Below are positions 18,017 through 26,360 of a stretch of DNA of 27,354 bases, one piece after another. Every line of letters begins with the position of its first letter. The first letter of the stretch is position 1. A model generated the notes under the pieces. The model worked only from the letters and a program-made list of their open reading frames with translations. It had not been told where the DNA came from and did no database searches. Origin of the DNA: Verrucomicrobiota bacterium. Its GTDB lineage: Bacteria; Verrucomicrobiota; Verrucomicrobiia; Verrucomicrobiales; DEV007. Where the stretch lies: the NCBI GenBank assembly GCA_045046875.1, contig JASFYY010000125.1, positions 1-27,354 on the forward strand. The letters run 5' to 3'. Position numbers and translations under genes: made by a program.

Positions 18017-19627
18017 TCAAGCTGTGATTGTTTTCCAATCCAGATCAAACTTAGCGAGATATTTCCTTACCCTATCGCTATCATTGGTCGCTTTACGCCG
18101 TGAACGGGAAGCGGCGAACAGGTAACGCCCGGCAGCTGATAGGTTTTTCGACTTTCTACAAACGGCTATCACTTCAGCGAGTTGCACTTGATCAAAGTGA
18201 TCGATCTCTGCCACCTTGTCCTCACCCAACACCTGCTCAAGCAAGTTCACATCAAAGCTCTGTTCGCCCGATTTCTCCCTCCGCCATAGGTTTTTGAGCC
18301 GCTCGATTTCCTGTTCAACCAACTCGCGCCCGATGCGATGATTACCCGCCAAGGTGGACATCCGGGTAATGGCCGCATTGAGGTCACGAAAATTTCCCGA
18401 CCAGCTGCTCTCCGGATGATGAGCAAATTTGAGAAAACTCTCGTAACCCTCTTTATTAAATGAAATATGCCGCCCGCTCAGCTTGGATTGCATTTCAAGT
18501 TCATACGCAATGTTAGGCGCTATGTCCTCTTGCCGATTGCTCAATCCCGGCAACTCAAATAACCAGAGGTTCAGGCGTGCAAACAGATCAGCGCGAAAGT
18601 TCCCCTCAGCTACTTGATCAATGAGGTCACGGTTGGTTCCGGATATGAGTTGGAAATCGCTCTCAACTTCCCTATCCGCTCCCAATGGCAAAAAACGTTT
18701 TTCTTCAATAGCCCGCAACAACATACTTTGCTCATCGCCGCCGAGCTCGCCTATTTCATCGAGAAATAACAAACCCCCGTGGGCAGATTTCAACAAGCCT
18801 GCACGCGCCGAGGCGGCACCGGTAAAAGCTCCGCGTTGATGACCAAACAAAGCGGACATGGCGGTATCTCCCCGCAGAGTGCTGCAGTTCAATTCAACAA
18901 AGGGTCCCTCGATTTGATTGCGTTGTTTTTTTAGATCATAAATGCGGCGAGCCAAACGAGACTTACCAGCACCCGTTGGGCCAGTAAGCAAAATAGGTGC
19001 CGTCGAACGAATCGATACCTGCTCTATCTGCTCGATCATTTGATTAAAATCAGGATTACGGGTTTCGATGCCTGACTTCAAAAAACTAGCCGCTTCCGAC
19101 GCTTCCTTATCAAAGCGGGTAGCCAAACGGTCATAACGGCTCAGATCCAAATCGATGATGGAAAACTCCCCGGGATCCACCCCTTCACGTTGTTTGCGGC
19201 GAGGTGGGGAGAGCTGCAACAAACGTCCAGGGAAATGACGGCTCTCGGTTAACAGAAAAAGACAAATTTGGGCTACATGAGTGCCGGTGGTGATATTAAT
19301 AAGGTAGTCCTCCTTATCCACGTCAAAGGGGTAATCACGGGCAAATTGAAAAAGCGATTCAAAAACTTGCTCAAAATTCCACGGATCAGCGGGTTCCAGA
19401 TAGTGGCAATTGACTTGCGTTTCGGGAGAAACCTTCGCCAAATCATCCACTACTACAGTGGTCAATTTGGTAAACTGCTGACGACTGAACAGCTCTATGC
19501 GATCCACCAAAAGGTCGGGGAATTGACCCAGCGCGACGTTGGGCCGCCACTTTCGCCAACGCCCTTCATGAGTCGGGGTGTCAAGAGTGCTGCCAAGGAA
19601 GCTGAGCACGACTGTCCGTTTTTTAAT
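18017..19627 (-). CDS. rtcR: RNA repair transcriptional activator RtcR (CARF domain + sigma54 AAA+)
   Basis: RWRKWRPNV, DPWNFEQV, EDYLINITTGTHVAQIC, GPTGAGKS, GAFTGA, LFLDEIGE, C-terminal NDSDRVRKYLAKF. Start is either GTG 19609 or, by homology, ATT 19627. Confidence 0.95.
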   Translation of the reverse strand: MKKRTVVLSFLGSTLDTPTHEGRWRKWRPNVALGQFPDLLVDRIELFSRQQFTKLTTVVVDDLAKVSPETQVNCHYLEPADPWNFEQVFESLFQFARDYPFDVDKEDYLINITTGTHVAQICLFLLTESRHFPGRLLQLSPPRRKQREGVDPGEFSIIDLDLSRYDRLATRFDKEASEAASFLKSGIETRNPDFNQMIEQIEQVSIRSTAPILLTGPTGAGKSRLARRIYDLKKQRNQIEGPFVELNCSTLRGDTAMSALFGHQRGAFTGAASARAGLLKSAHGGLLFLDEIGELGGDEQSMLLRAIEEKRFLPLGADREVESDFQLISGTNRDLIDQVAEGNFRADLFARLNLWLFELPGLSNRQEDIAPNIAYELEMQSKLSGRHISFNKEGYESFLKFAHHPESSWSGNFRDLNAAITRMSTLAGNHRIGRELVEQEIERLKNLWRREKSGEQSFDVNLLEQVLGEDKVAEIDHFDQVQLAEVIAVCRKSKNLSAAGRYLFAASRSRRKATNDSDRVRKYLAKFDLDWKTITA

Positions 19628-19657
19628 GATTTAATATTCTAAATTAATAGAAAAATA

Positions 19658-19670
19658 AATCAATAAATTA
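19658..19670 (+). promoter_or_regulatory. IHF-consensus match in the rtcR-rtcA intergenic region
   Basis: AATCAATAAATTA fits WATCAANNNNTTR exactly, but the region is very AT-rich so a chance match is possible. Confidence 0.4.
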
Positions 19671-19770
19671 GATTTTTAATAAACCCTGAAATGAGACGTA
19701 AAAAATATTTAATATATAATTACCTTATAGCAAATGACTTATGAGGATAATTAAAATCAAGTAAACGCAC

Positions 19771-19787
19771 TTGGCACGCGCTCTGCG
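19771..19787 (+). promoter_or_regulatory. Sigma54 promoter of rtcA-rtcB
   Basis: TTGGCACGCGCTCTGCG (GG-N10-GC), 30 nt before the rtcA ATG and divergent from a GAFTGA activator. Confidence 0.85.
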
Positions 19788-19816
19788 ATAGGAGAAAGAA
19801 CATAAAAAATAAAATC

Positions 19817-20848
19817 ATGAAAACCTTGCAGAAAAAATGTGAAATCGATCTTGATGGTTCAACTGGTGAAGGTGGAGGTCAAATTCTCCGCTCGGCGTTG
19901 AGCTTGTCAGCAATCACTGGCCGACCCTTTACCCTTAACCGGATCCGAGCTGGGCGTAAACGTCCCGGATTGATGCGGCAACATCTGACCTGCGTGCAGG
20001 CCGTCGCGGAAATTTGTGGCGCAAAAACATCTGCCCTGCAATTGGGCGGAACAGAATTGATGTTCGAACCAGGGCGCATCCAAGCTAGCCATGGACATTT
20101 TAAAATTGGCACCGCAGGAAGCACCACGCTTTTGCTGCAAACGATCTTGCCCGTACTGATGCACGCTCCAAAAGCCTCACAAGTTCAATTGTCAGGCGGA
20201 ACCCATGCGATCAAAGCTCCGTGTTTTGAATACATCGATGAAGTTTTTTTGCCACGGCTAGCGCAGATGAATGCACGGGTGCAAGCAGGACTCGATCGAG
20301 TCGGGTTTTTTCCTGCTGGCGGAGGCCGACTTAGCTTGTCCGTCGAACCGTCTGCTTTGCAAGCTGGCGAATGGCACGATTGCCCTGATAAATCAGCGCT
20401 ATCTGCTGAAGCGCTGACCACTGCTGAGATTCCGAAATCTGTCGCTGAGAAAGAACTGCAAAAAACATGCAAAGCTTTCGCTCTCACTCAAAAAGATGTC
20501 TGGGTTCGCGAAATCACAACGGCTGCTTGCCCCGGCAACGCCTTGCTGATTCGCAGCGAAGGAAGCTTGGCTTGTGCCTACGGCGGACGAGGCAAACGCG
20601 CCGAGCAAGTTGCCAAGGACGCGATTTGGGACATGCAACGTTACCTGAACTCTCCGGCTCCCATTGATGAACATCTTGCCGATCAGCTCTTGCTTCCTCT
20701 GGCCTTGGCAGGTGGCGGTGGTTTCACCGCACTGGCGCTGACCCCTCATTTTCACAGCAATGTGGAAGTCATCGAAGCTTTCCTTGAAATCAAAATCAAA
20801 ACTGAAAAACTGGATCGCCACGCCTGGAAAGTGACCATCCTCAGCTAA
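19817..20848 (+). CDS. rtcA: RNA 3'-terminal phosphate cyclase
   Basis: DGSTGEGGGQILRSALSLS, IRAGRKRPGLMRQHL, GTAGSTTLLLQT, GGTH, GFFPAGGG, HLADQLLLP, TPHFHSN (catalytic His region). Confidence 0.96.
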   Translation: MKTLQKKCEIDLDGSTGEGGGQILRSALSLSAITGRPFTLNRIRAGRKRPGLMRQHLTCVQAVAEICGAKTSALQLGGTELMFEPGRIQASHGHFKIGTAGSTTLLLQTILPVLMHAPKASQVQLSGGTHAIKAPCFEYIDEVFLPRLAQMNARVQAGLDRVGFFPAGGGRLSLSVEPSALQAGEWHDCPDKSALSAEALTTAEIPKSVAEKELQKTCKAFALTQKDVWVREITTAACPGNALLIRSEGSLACAYGGRGKRAEQVAKDAIWDMQRYLNSPAPIDEHLADQLLLPLALAGGGGFTALALTPHFHSNVEVIEAFLEIKIKTEKLDRHAWKVTILS

Positions 20849-20869
20849 CTTTTAACATAGAAATATACC

Positions 20870-22246
20870 ATGAAAATAACAGAACTACACCAACTCGGAA
20901 TCCCTAAAGGGGATGCCATCCTGAGAGCCATCGACTTGTTGCGCTCACCTAAAAACCACTCGGCGCGATTTGCCGAAGTGGCACAAAATCCTGAAACCTT
21001 TGTCCATGACAAGGTTTTTGGACCGCTGGCCGCAGCCATCATCGATGCCTCGGGCGAGGCCTATATTCCACGCGACGAACCTGCTCCATGGAAACAGTGG
21101 GGAAAGGACCTCGATGAAAACGCGGTTCAACAAATGCGTAACGCCTGCGACCTGCCGGTAGCGGTGGCTGGAGCATTGATGCCTGACGCGCATCTTGGTT
21201 ATGGCCTGCCTATTGGTGGCGTGCTTGCTACGGAAAACTGTGTCATCCCCTATGCGGTCGGAGTGGATATCGCTTGCCGTATGAAAATGACGGTGCTCGA
21301 CCTGCCCTTGAACTGGTTGGATGAAAATCGTGATAAATTGAAAAGCCAACTGTCCCGCGATACCAAATTCGGGATTGGAGCGAAGTTCTCAGAGCCTCAT
21401 CAACATGAGGTGATGGACGCTGACTGGTCAGTGTCGCCGATCACGCAGCGGTTCAAAGACAAAGCCTGGAGCCAACTTGGGTCGAGCGGTAGTGGAAATC
21501 ACTTTGTTGAATTCGGAGTATTGAAAATTGCTCAAGCTCAACCTGAATTTGACATCGAAGCAGGTGAATACCTCGCTTTGCTTTCTCATAGCGGTAGCCG
21601 TGGAACCGGTGCCAATGTCGCCGCGCATTACAGCAAGGTCGCACAGGCGCAACATGCCGATCTGCCGCGTGAATTGATGCACTTGTCGTGGCTCGATCTC
21701 GACTCGCAGGCCGGTGCCGAATATTGGGCGGCGATGAATTTGATGGGCGAATACGCTGCCGCCAACCATTGCTGTATCCACCGCTCACTTGCTAAAAGTC
21801 TCGGTGCAGAAGTGCTGCTTGATATCGAAAACCATCACAACTTCGCCTGGAAGGAAACTCATTTTGGCAAAGAGGTGATTGTTCACCGCAAAGGGGCGAC
21901 CCCGGCCGGCGAAGGGGTTTTGGGCATCATTCCCGGATCCATGGCCACCCCGGCTTATGTGGTGCGAGGCAAGGGCAATGCGATTTCACTGAACTCCGCC
22001 GCGCACGGCGCAGGTCGGGTCATGAGCCGAACCAAAGCCAAAAAGGTTTTTGACTGGCCTACTGAAAAGAAGCGTATCGAAGATGCGGGGGTTACCCTGT
22101 TGTCTGCCGGGCTCGACGAAGTGCCGGGGGTTTACAAGGACATCCACACCGTGATGGCCGCGCAACAGGATCTGGTTGAACCATTGGCTCAATTCGATCC
22201 CAAAATCGTAAAAATGGCCAAAGCCGGAGAGCGTCCCGAGGATTGA
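20870..22246 (+). CDS. rtcB: RNA ligase RtcB
   Basis: MPDAHLGYG, VGVDIACRM, QLGSSGSGNHFVE, HSGSRG, NHHN, HRKGAT, IPGSM, SAAHGAGR, DEVPGVYKDI. Confidence 0.96.
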   Translation: MKITELHQLGIPKGDAILRAIDLLRSPKNHSARFAEVAQNPETFVHDKVFGPLAAAIIDASGEAYIPRDEPAPWKQWGKDLDENAVQQMRNACDLPVAVAGALMPDAHLGYGLPIGGVLATENCVIPYAVGVDIACRMKMTVLDLPLNWLDENRDKLKSQLSRDTKFGIGAKFSEPHQHEVMDADWSVSPITQRFKDKAWSQLGSSGSGNHFVEFGVLKIAQAQPEFDIEAGEYLALLSHSGSRGTGANVAAHYSKVAQAQHADLPRELMHLSWLDLDSQAGAEYWAAMNLMGEYAAANHCCIHRSLAKSLGAEVLLDIENHHNFAWKETHFGKEVIVHRKGATPAGEGVLGIIPGSMATPAYVVRGKGNAISLNSAAHGAGRVMSRTKAKKVFDWPTEKKRIEDAGVTLLSAGLDEVPGVYKDIHTVMAAQQDLVEPLAQFDPKIVKMAKAGERPED

Positions 22247-22255
22247 AAACAAAGC

Positions 22256-22290
22256 CGGTGCAGTTGACGAAAATCAACTGCACCGTTTTT
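22256..22290 (+). terminator. Intrinsic terminator after rtcB, possibly bidirectional
   Basis: CGGTGCAGTTGA-CGAAAA-TCAACTGCACCG-TTTTT: perfect 12-bp stem, A-rich on the 5' side, between convergent genes. Confidence 0.85.
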
Positions 22291-22327
22291 CCGTATCAGT
22301 GATCCCAACCATCTGACTTGCCGGCTT

Positions 22328-23422
22328 CTAGTCCAGCGCCTCAGCCAGCGCGGTGCCGATGCCGGTTCCTCCGTATCCGTTGCCGCAGTAAAACAGTCTT
22401 AATTTTGAGCCTTCGCGAATCACGTTCGGATACTCCACCATTTTATTCTCCCAGACGGCTTTCCCCGGAGGCATCGACAGATTCTCTCCCGGTTTCCCGC
22501 GATACCAGTTCAGGCCGTCGGCACTGGATGCTTCGCAAATGGAATAGGCTCCAAATTTGCTTCCAATGCCGGCATAAATCGCCCTCCATCCTGTCGGGGT
22601 TTTCCAAACGTTGAGTGCGATGGTCGCGGCATTTTCGTAGCCGGCACCTTTTCTCGGCTGCAGAACAATTCGCTTATCACTCCAGGTGACACCATCTTTG
22701 GAATGAGCAATCACTGATTGCTTGGACTGATCCACCATCAGATCCCGGCTGGGTGTTCCCGTTGCCAAAGTGTAATGCATCCGATACAGGGTGGATCCAT
22801 CCGCTTGCTTGAGCTCAATGATCCGACCGCCTCCTGCGATGCCTTTGTTACCGTGCCAATCACTGAACCCGTCTCCCCGAAGGACAGGCTCGTCAGACAG
22901 TCGTTTCCAGTTTCGTAAATCATCGCTCACAGCCAATCCAATTCCCGTGAATGACTGCAAGCCTTCTCCTCCCTTTTTGCGTCCGGTATAATAAAGATGC
23001 CATCGATCGCCTATGCGATGTACACAGGGAAGCACGCACCACAGTTCATCAAAAGCTCCCGCCGGGCCATTATCCAACACTGGGCCAAGTCGTTTCCATT
23101 TGCTCACATCATCCTTCGAGCAAGTCGCCAGACAAATCCGCTGTTGCCCCTTTTTATCGGCTCCGGAGTAAAACAGCCAATATTCATTACCCTGGACAAC
23201 AACGAAGGGATTCATACAACGTTTTTCATCAAAATCACCACCGCCCGGAGGTAGAACCGGATTGCGTGGATCCCGCTTCCAATCATGAATCCGAAAAGGT
23301 TCGTATTCCGTTTTGGACTGATCCTGCGCGTGAAGCATCAAATTACCCGCCGAAGGAAAACAGACGGAAAAAATACCGTAAAGAAATTGGCGGCGCTCGC
23401 ATGAAAACATAGAACAAAACAT
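22328..23422 (-). CDS. Putative Tat-exported five-bladed beta-propeller glycoside hydrolase-like protein
   Basis: ERRQFL twin-arginine motif; repeated blades (NPVL..G..FDE..CMNPFVV..YWLFYSG; GPVL..G..FDE..LPCV..WHLYYTG; IGLAVSDD..W; EYPNVI..LFYCG). Start uncertain (23410, 23422 or 23467). Confidence 0.75.
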   Translation of the reverse strand: MFCSMFSCERRQFLYGIFSVCFPSAGNLMLHAQDQSKTEYEPFRIHDWKRDPRNPVLPPGGGDFDEKRCMNPFVVVQGNEYWLFYSGADKKGQQRICLATCSKDDVSKWKRLGPVLDNGPAGAFDELWCVLPCVHRIGDRWHLYYTGRKKGGEGLQSFTGIGLAVSDDLRNWKRLSDEPVLRGDGFSDWHGNKGIAGGGRIIELKQADGSTLYRMHYTLATGTPSRDLMVDQSKQSVIAHSKDGVTWSDKRIVLQPRKGAGYENAATIALNVWKTPTGWRAIYAGIGSKFGAYSICEASSADGLNWYRGKPGENLSMPPGKAVWENKMVEYPNVIREGSKLRLFYCGNGYGGTGIGTALAEALD

Positions 23423-23563
23423 AGAGCGGAAAGAATTTTCGGCAATTGGAGAAAGCGGCCCATTCAAGAACCTGAGATCAACTGACTACTAGGAATTTGC
23501 TTTTTCACCTCCCCTGCCTTTTTGTTAGCGAGCCGAATTTGAGGAGGTTAAGCCTGCTGATCC

Positions 23564-24877
23564 ATGGTGAACCATCGCTTAAAAAAAATCACCGCCGCTT
23601 TGATCATGATGATCTTTGCAGGTTGTGGTGCGCAACCGGATACCTCCGAAACGAGCTGGCCGTCCCGACCGGTAAAAGTGATTGTTCCTTTTGGTGAGGG
23701 CGGCGGAAGTGACATTTTTGCCCGTCAGCTGATTCGGGCGATCGAAAGCGAAGGGCTGTTAAAACAGCCGATGGTGGTCATCAATGTCGGTGGCGCGGGC
23801 GGAACGATTGGCAGTCGCCGGGTGCGGGACGCGCGCGCCGATGGTTATACGATGCTGATGTTGCACGAGGGAATTTTCACCGCACACTTTGCCGGTCGCA
23901 CGCCCTACAGTGCTGATGCTTTTGAAGCAATAGCCGGTACCGGGCGGATGGGAATGGTCGTTGCGGTGGAAAAAAATTCTCCACTAAAAAATCTCGACGA
24001 TCTGATGAACGCATCCGCCGCGAAACCAGAGAGCTTGCTTTTTGCCGCCAACATCGGAGCGCCTAGTCATTTCGGCGGATTGATGCTGGAAAAAACCACG
24101 CCCGGTTCGGTTTTTCGTTTTGTCCAATACGGCGGCGGAGCGGATCGTTTCACCGCGATCTCGGGAGGACACGCAGACGTGAGTGTTTTTTCAGTGGAGG
24201 AATACCTCCGCTATCGTGAAAGTGGCTTACGGGCGCTGGCGGTATTTTCATCAGCACGGCTTGCTGGAATACCGAATATCCCGACGGCGAATGAGCAGGG
24301 CTTTGATGTGTTGAATTCCGCAATGCACTTTTGGTGGATGCCCAAAGGAACCCCATCAGCCATCTGCGAGACGATGGCTGATGTCATTGAAAAAGCGATG
24401 CTTAGTTCGCAAATGCAAAAGGTCATGGCTGAAAGCTGGACCAAACCAGTGATGCTGCGCGGACAGCCATTGCAGGATGAGTTGAAGCTACGCACAAAAA
24501 GTATTGGCAGTGTTTCGCTGCGAAAAATCACCGTGCTACCCGATTTTCCATTCTGGATGGGGTGCATCATTGCTGTTCTCGCGGCGATTGTTTTACTCAA
24601 AAAAATGCGTTGCTCAAAAGCCGGGCTGCGCTCCCCTGCCGTGTTTAACCGCCTGTCACTGACCTCTTATTTCCTGTTGGTCGCTTACGTTTTGGTTCTG
24701 GCGATGAACTGGACGAGCTATGCAATGGCAACGGCGGTTTTTATTTTTATCAGCGGGAGTCTAATCGCTCCACGCTGGAAATCAGTGATGCTGCCACTCG
24801 CCGCGATGGCTCTGGTCACAGGTTTTGGTTTGTTTTATTTATTCACAAAAATCCTCGTGGTGGACTTGCCCGGGTGA
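23564..24877 (+). CDS. Tripartite tricarboxylate transporter binding protein TctC fused to a TctB-like membrane domain
   Basis: Lipobox FAGC; WPSRPVKVIVPFGEGGGSD, NVGGAGGTIG, ADGYT, YGGG, PNIPT, PKGTP. About 110 extra C-terminal residues with hydrophobic helices, from FPFW to LFTKILVVDLP. Confidence 0.88.
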   Translation: MVNHRLKKITAALIMMIFAGCGAQPDTSETSWPSRPVKVIVPFGEGGGSDIFARQLIRAIESEGLLKQPMVVINVGGAGGTIGSRRVRDARADGYTMLMLHEGIFTAHFAGRTPYSADAFEAIAGTGRMGMVVAVEKNSPLKNLDDLMNASAAKPESLLFAANIGAPSHFGGLMLEKTTPGSVFRFVQYGGGADRFTAISGGHADVSVFSVEEYLRYRESGLRALAVFSSARLAGIPNIPTANEQGFDVLNSAMHFWWMPKGTPSAICETMADVIEKAMLSSQMQKVMAESWTKPVMLRGQPLQDELKLRTKSIGSVSLRKITVLPDFPFWMGCIIAVLAAIVLLKKMRCSKAGLRSPAVFNRLSLTSYFLLVAYVLVLAMNWTSYAMATAVFIFISGSLIAPRWKSVMLPLAAMALVTGFGLFYLFTKILVVDLPG

Positions 24878-24887
24878 AAATATTGTT

Positions 24888-26360
24888 ATGCTTGTCCATA
24901 CTATAGAATATTTGTTTTCCCCTTGGACGCTGTTTCTTATTGTGTTAGGAACATGGCTGGGAATTGTGGTCGGCGCTATCCCGGGACTGACCGGGGCGAT
25001 GTTGATTGCGCTGAGCCTGCCGCTGACTTTTGCAATGGCGGGGATGGACGCCATGGTGCTGCTGATCGCGATGTATGTCGGCTCGGTAAGTGGCGGGTTG
25101 ATCACGGCGACCTTGTTGCGAATGCCGGGCACCCCGGCTTCTATCATGACGACGCTGGACGGATATCCCATGGCGGCAGGAGGTAAACCTGGCCGGGCAT
25201 TGGGTCTGGGCATTGCGGCGTCCGGTGTGGGCGGGGTTATTTCCTGGTGTTTTTTAATCTCGGTAGCGGTTCCTTTGTCAGCGGTTGCACACCGGCTTGG
25301 GCCGTATGATTTTTTTGCTCTGATCATGATGGCAATGGCGTTGATCGCTCTGGTAAGTGATTCGATGGTGATGGGATTGCTCTCCGGTTTTTGCGGGATG
25401 CTGTGTGCGATGCCTGGTGCCTCACCTGCGACCGGTGAAATCCGGATGACGCTCGGGTTTGCACAAATGAACGACGGCTTCAAACTGCTGCCGGTCATGA
25501 TCGGACTCTACGCGATGGGTGAAGTGATCATCATGTTGAAAAAGGGGAAAGAAAAGACCGCAGAGGTGGACATGGACCGAAAGGGGATGATGATGTCGAT
25601 CTCTGATTGGAAACGACACGGGGTGAACCTGTTGCGCTCCTCTTTGCTTGGCACCTGGATTGGTGCGCTGCCGGGGATCGGCGCCAATGTCGGATCGGTG
25701 ACCGCTTATACCGTGGCTAAAAAATATTCCCAACGCCCGCAGGATTTCGGCAAGGGAAGCGAAGAAGGGATCATTGCATCCGAAGCGGCAAACAACGCAA
25801 CCGTGGGCGGTGCTCTGATTCCTTTGTTGGCCATGGGCGTGCCCGGCAGTGTGATCGATGCCATTCTGCTGGGGGCGATGGTGATTCACGGCCTGCAACC
25901 GGGCCCCCTCTTAATGACACAAAACCCACAGGCTGTCTGGTCGTTAGCCGGCGCCCTGCTGCTGTCCAATTTGTTGATGACAGGCCTGATGATGATGAGC
26001 GTTGGTTGGCTGTCGAAACTGGCGAAAGTGCCGCGGCATTTCCTGATCCCGGCGATTATGGTTTTTTGTGTGATCGGATCTTACGGGCTGGCCAATCGCA
26101 TGTTTGACGTTTGGGTGATGCTGACCTTCGCATTGATCGGGCTGGCTATGCGGCGGATAAAATTCCCTCTCGCACCATTCATCATGGGCTTTGTCTTGTG
26201 GCCAATTGCGGAGGAGAACTTGGGAGCGGGCCTGATGACTTACGGCGGAAGTTTATGGCCGCTGTTTACTCATCCCGCTTCCTGCGCGATGATGGTTCTT
26301 TCTTTTCTCATGGTGCTGATTCCAGTTTGGAAAAAATTAAAACTCCGGAAGATTTCATGA
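24888..26360 (+). CDS. tctA: Tripartite tricarboxylate transporter large permease TctA
   Basis: GIVVGAIPGL and GTWIGALPGIG repeats, PGTPAS..TTLDGYPM, EAANNA, IPLLAMGVPGS, HGLQPGP. Confidence 0.93.
   Translation: MLVHTIEYLFSPWTLFLIVLGTWLGIVVGAIPGLTGAMLIALSLPLTFAMAGMDAMVLLIAMYVGSVSGGLITATLLRMPGTPASIMTTLDGYPMAAGGKPGRALGLGIAASGVGGVISWCFLISVAVPLSAVAHRLGPYDFFALIMMAMALIALVSDSMVMGLLSGFCGMLCAMPGASPATGEIRMTLGFAQMNDGFKLLPVMIGLYAMGEVIIMLKKGKEKTAEVDMDRKGMMMSISDWKRHGVNLLRSSLLGTWIGALPGIGANVGSVTAYTVAKKYSQRPQDFGKGSEEGIIASEAANNATVGGALIPLLAMGVPGSVIDAILLGAMVIHGLQPGPLLMTQNPQAVWSLAGALLLSNLLMTGLMMMSVGWLSKLAKVPRHFLIPAIMVFCVIGSYGLANRMFDVWVMLTFALIGLAMRRIKFPLAPFIMGFVLWPIAEENLGAGLMTYGGSLWPLFTHPASCAMMVLSFLMVLIPVWKKLKLRKIS

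Noticed and set aside
17835..18125. 96-aa ORF across the tRNA
   Set aside because: Spurious translation of tRNA-Leu and of the rtcR antisense strand.
19634..19816. Y RNA or tRNA-like ncRNA in the rtc locus
   Set aside because: Too AT-rich, no stems or T-loop motif, and only about 20 nt between the predicted TSS and rtcA.
23506..23550. Anti-SD pairing (ACCTCC/GGAGGT) or riboswitch before tctC
   Set aside because: Only a 6-bp complement, the SD-like motif is unusually far from the ATG, and no aptamer is recognisable.
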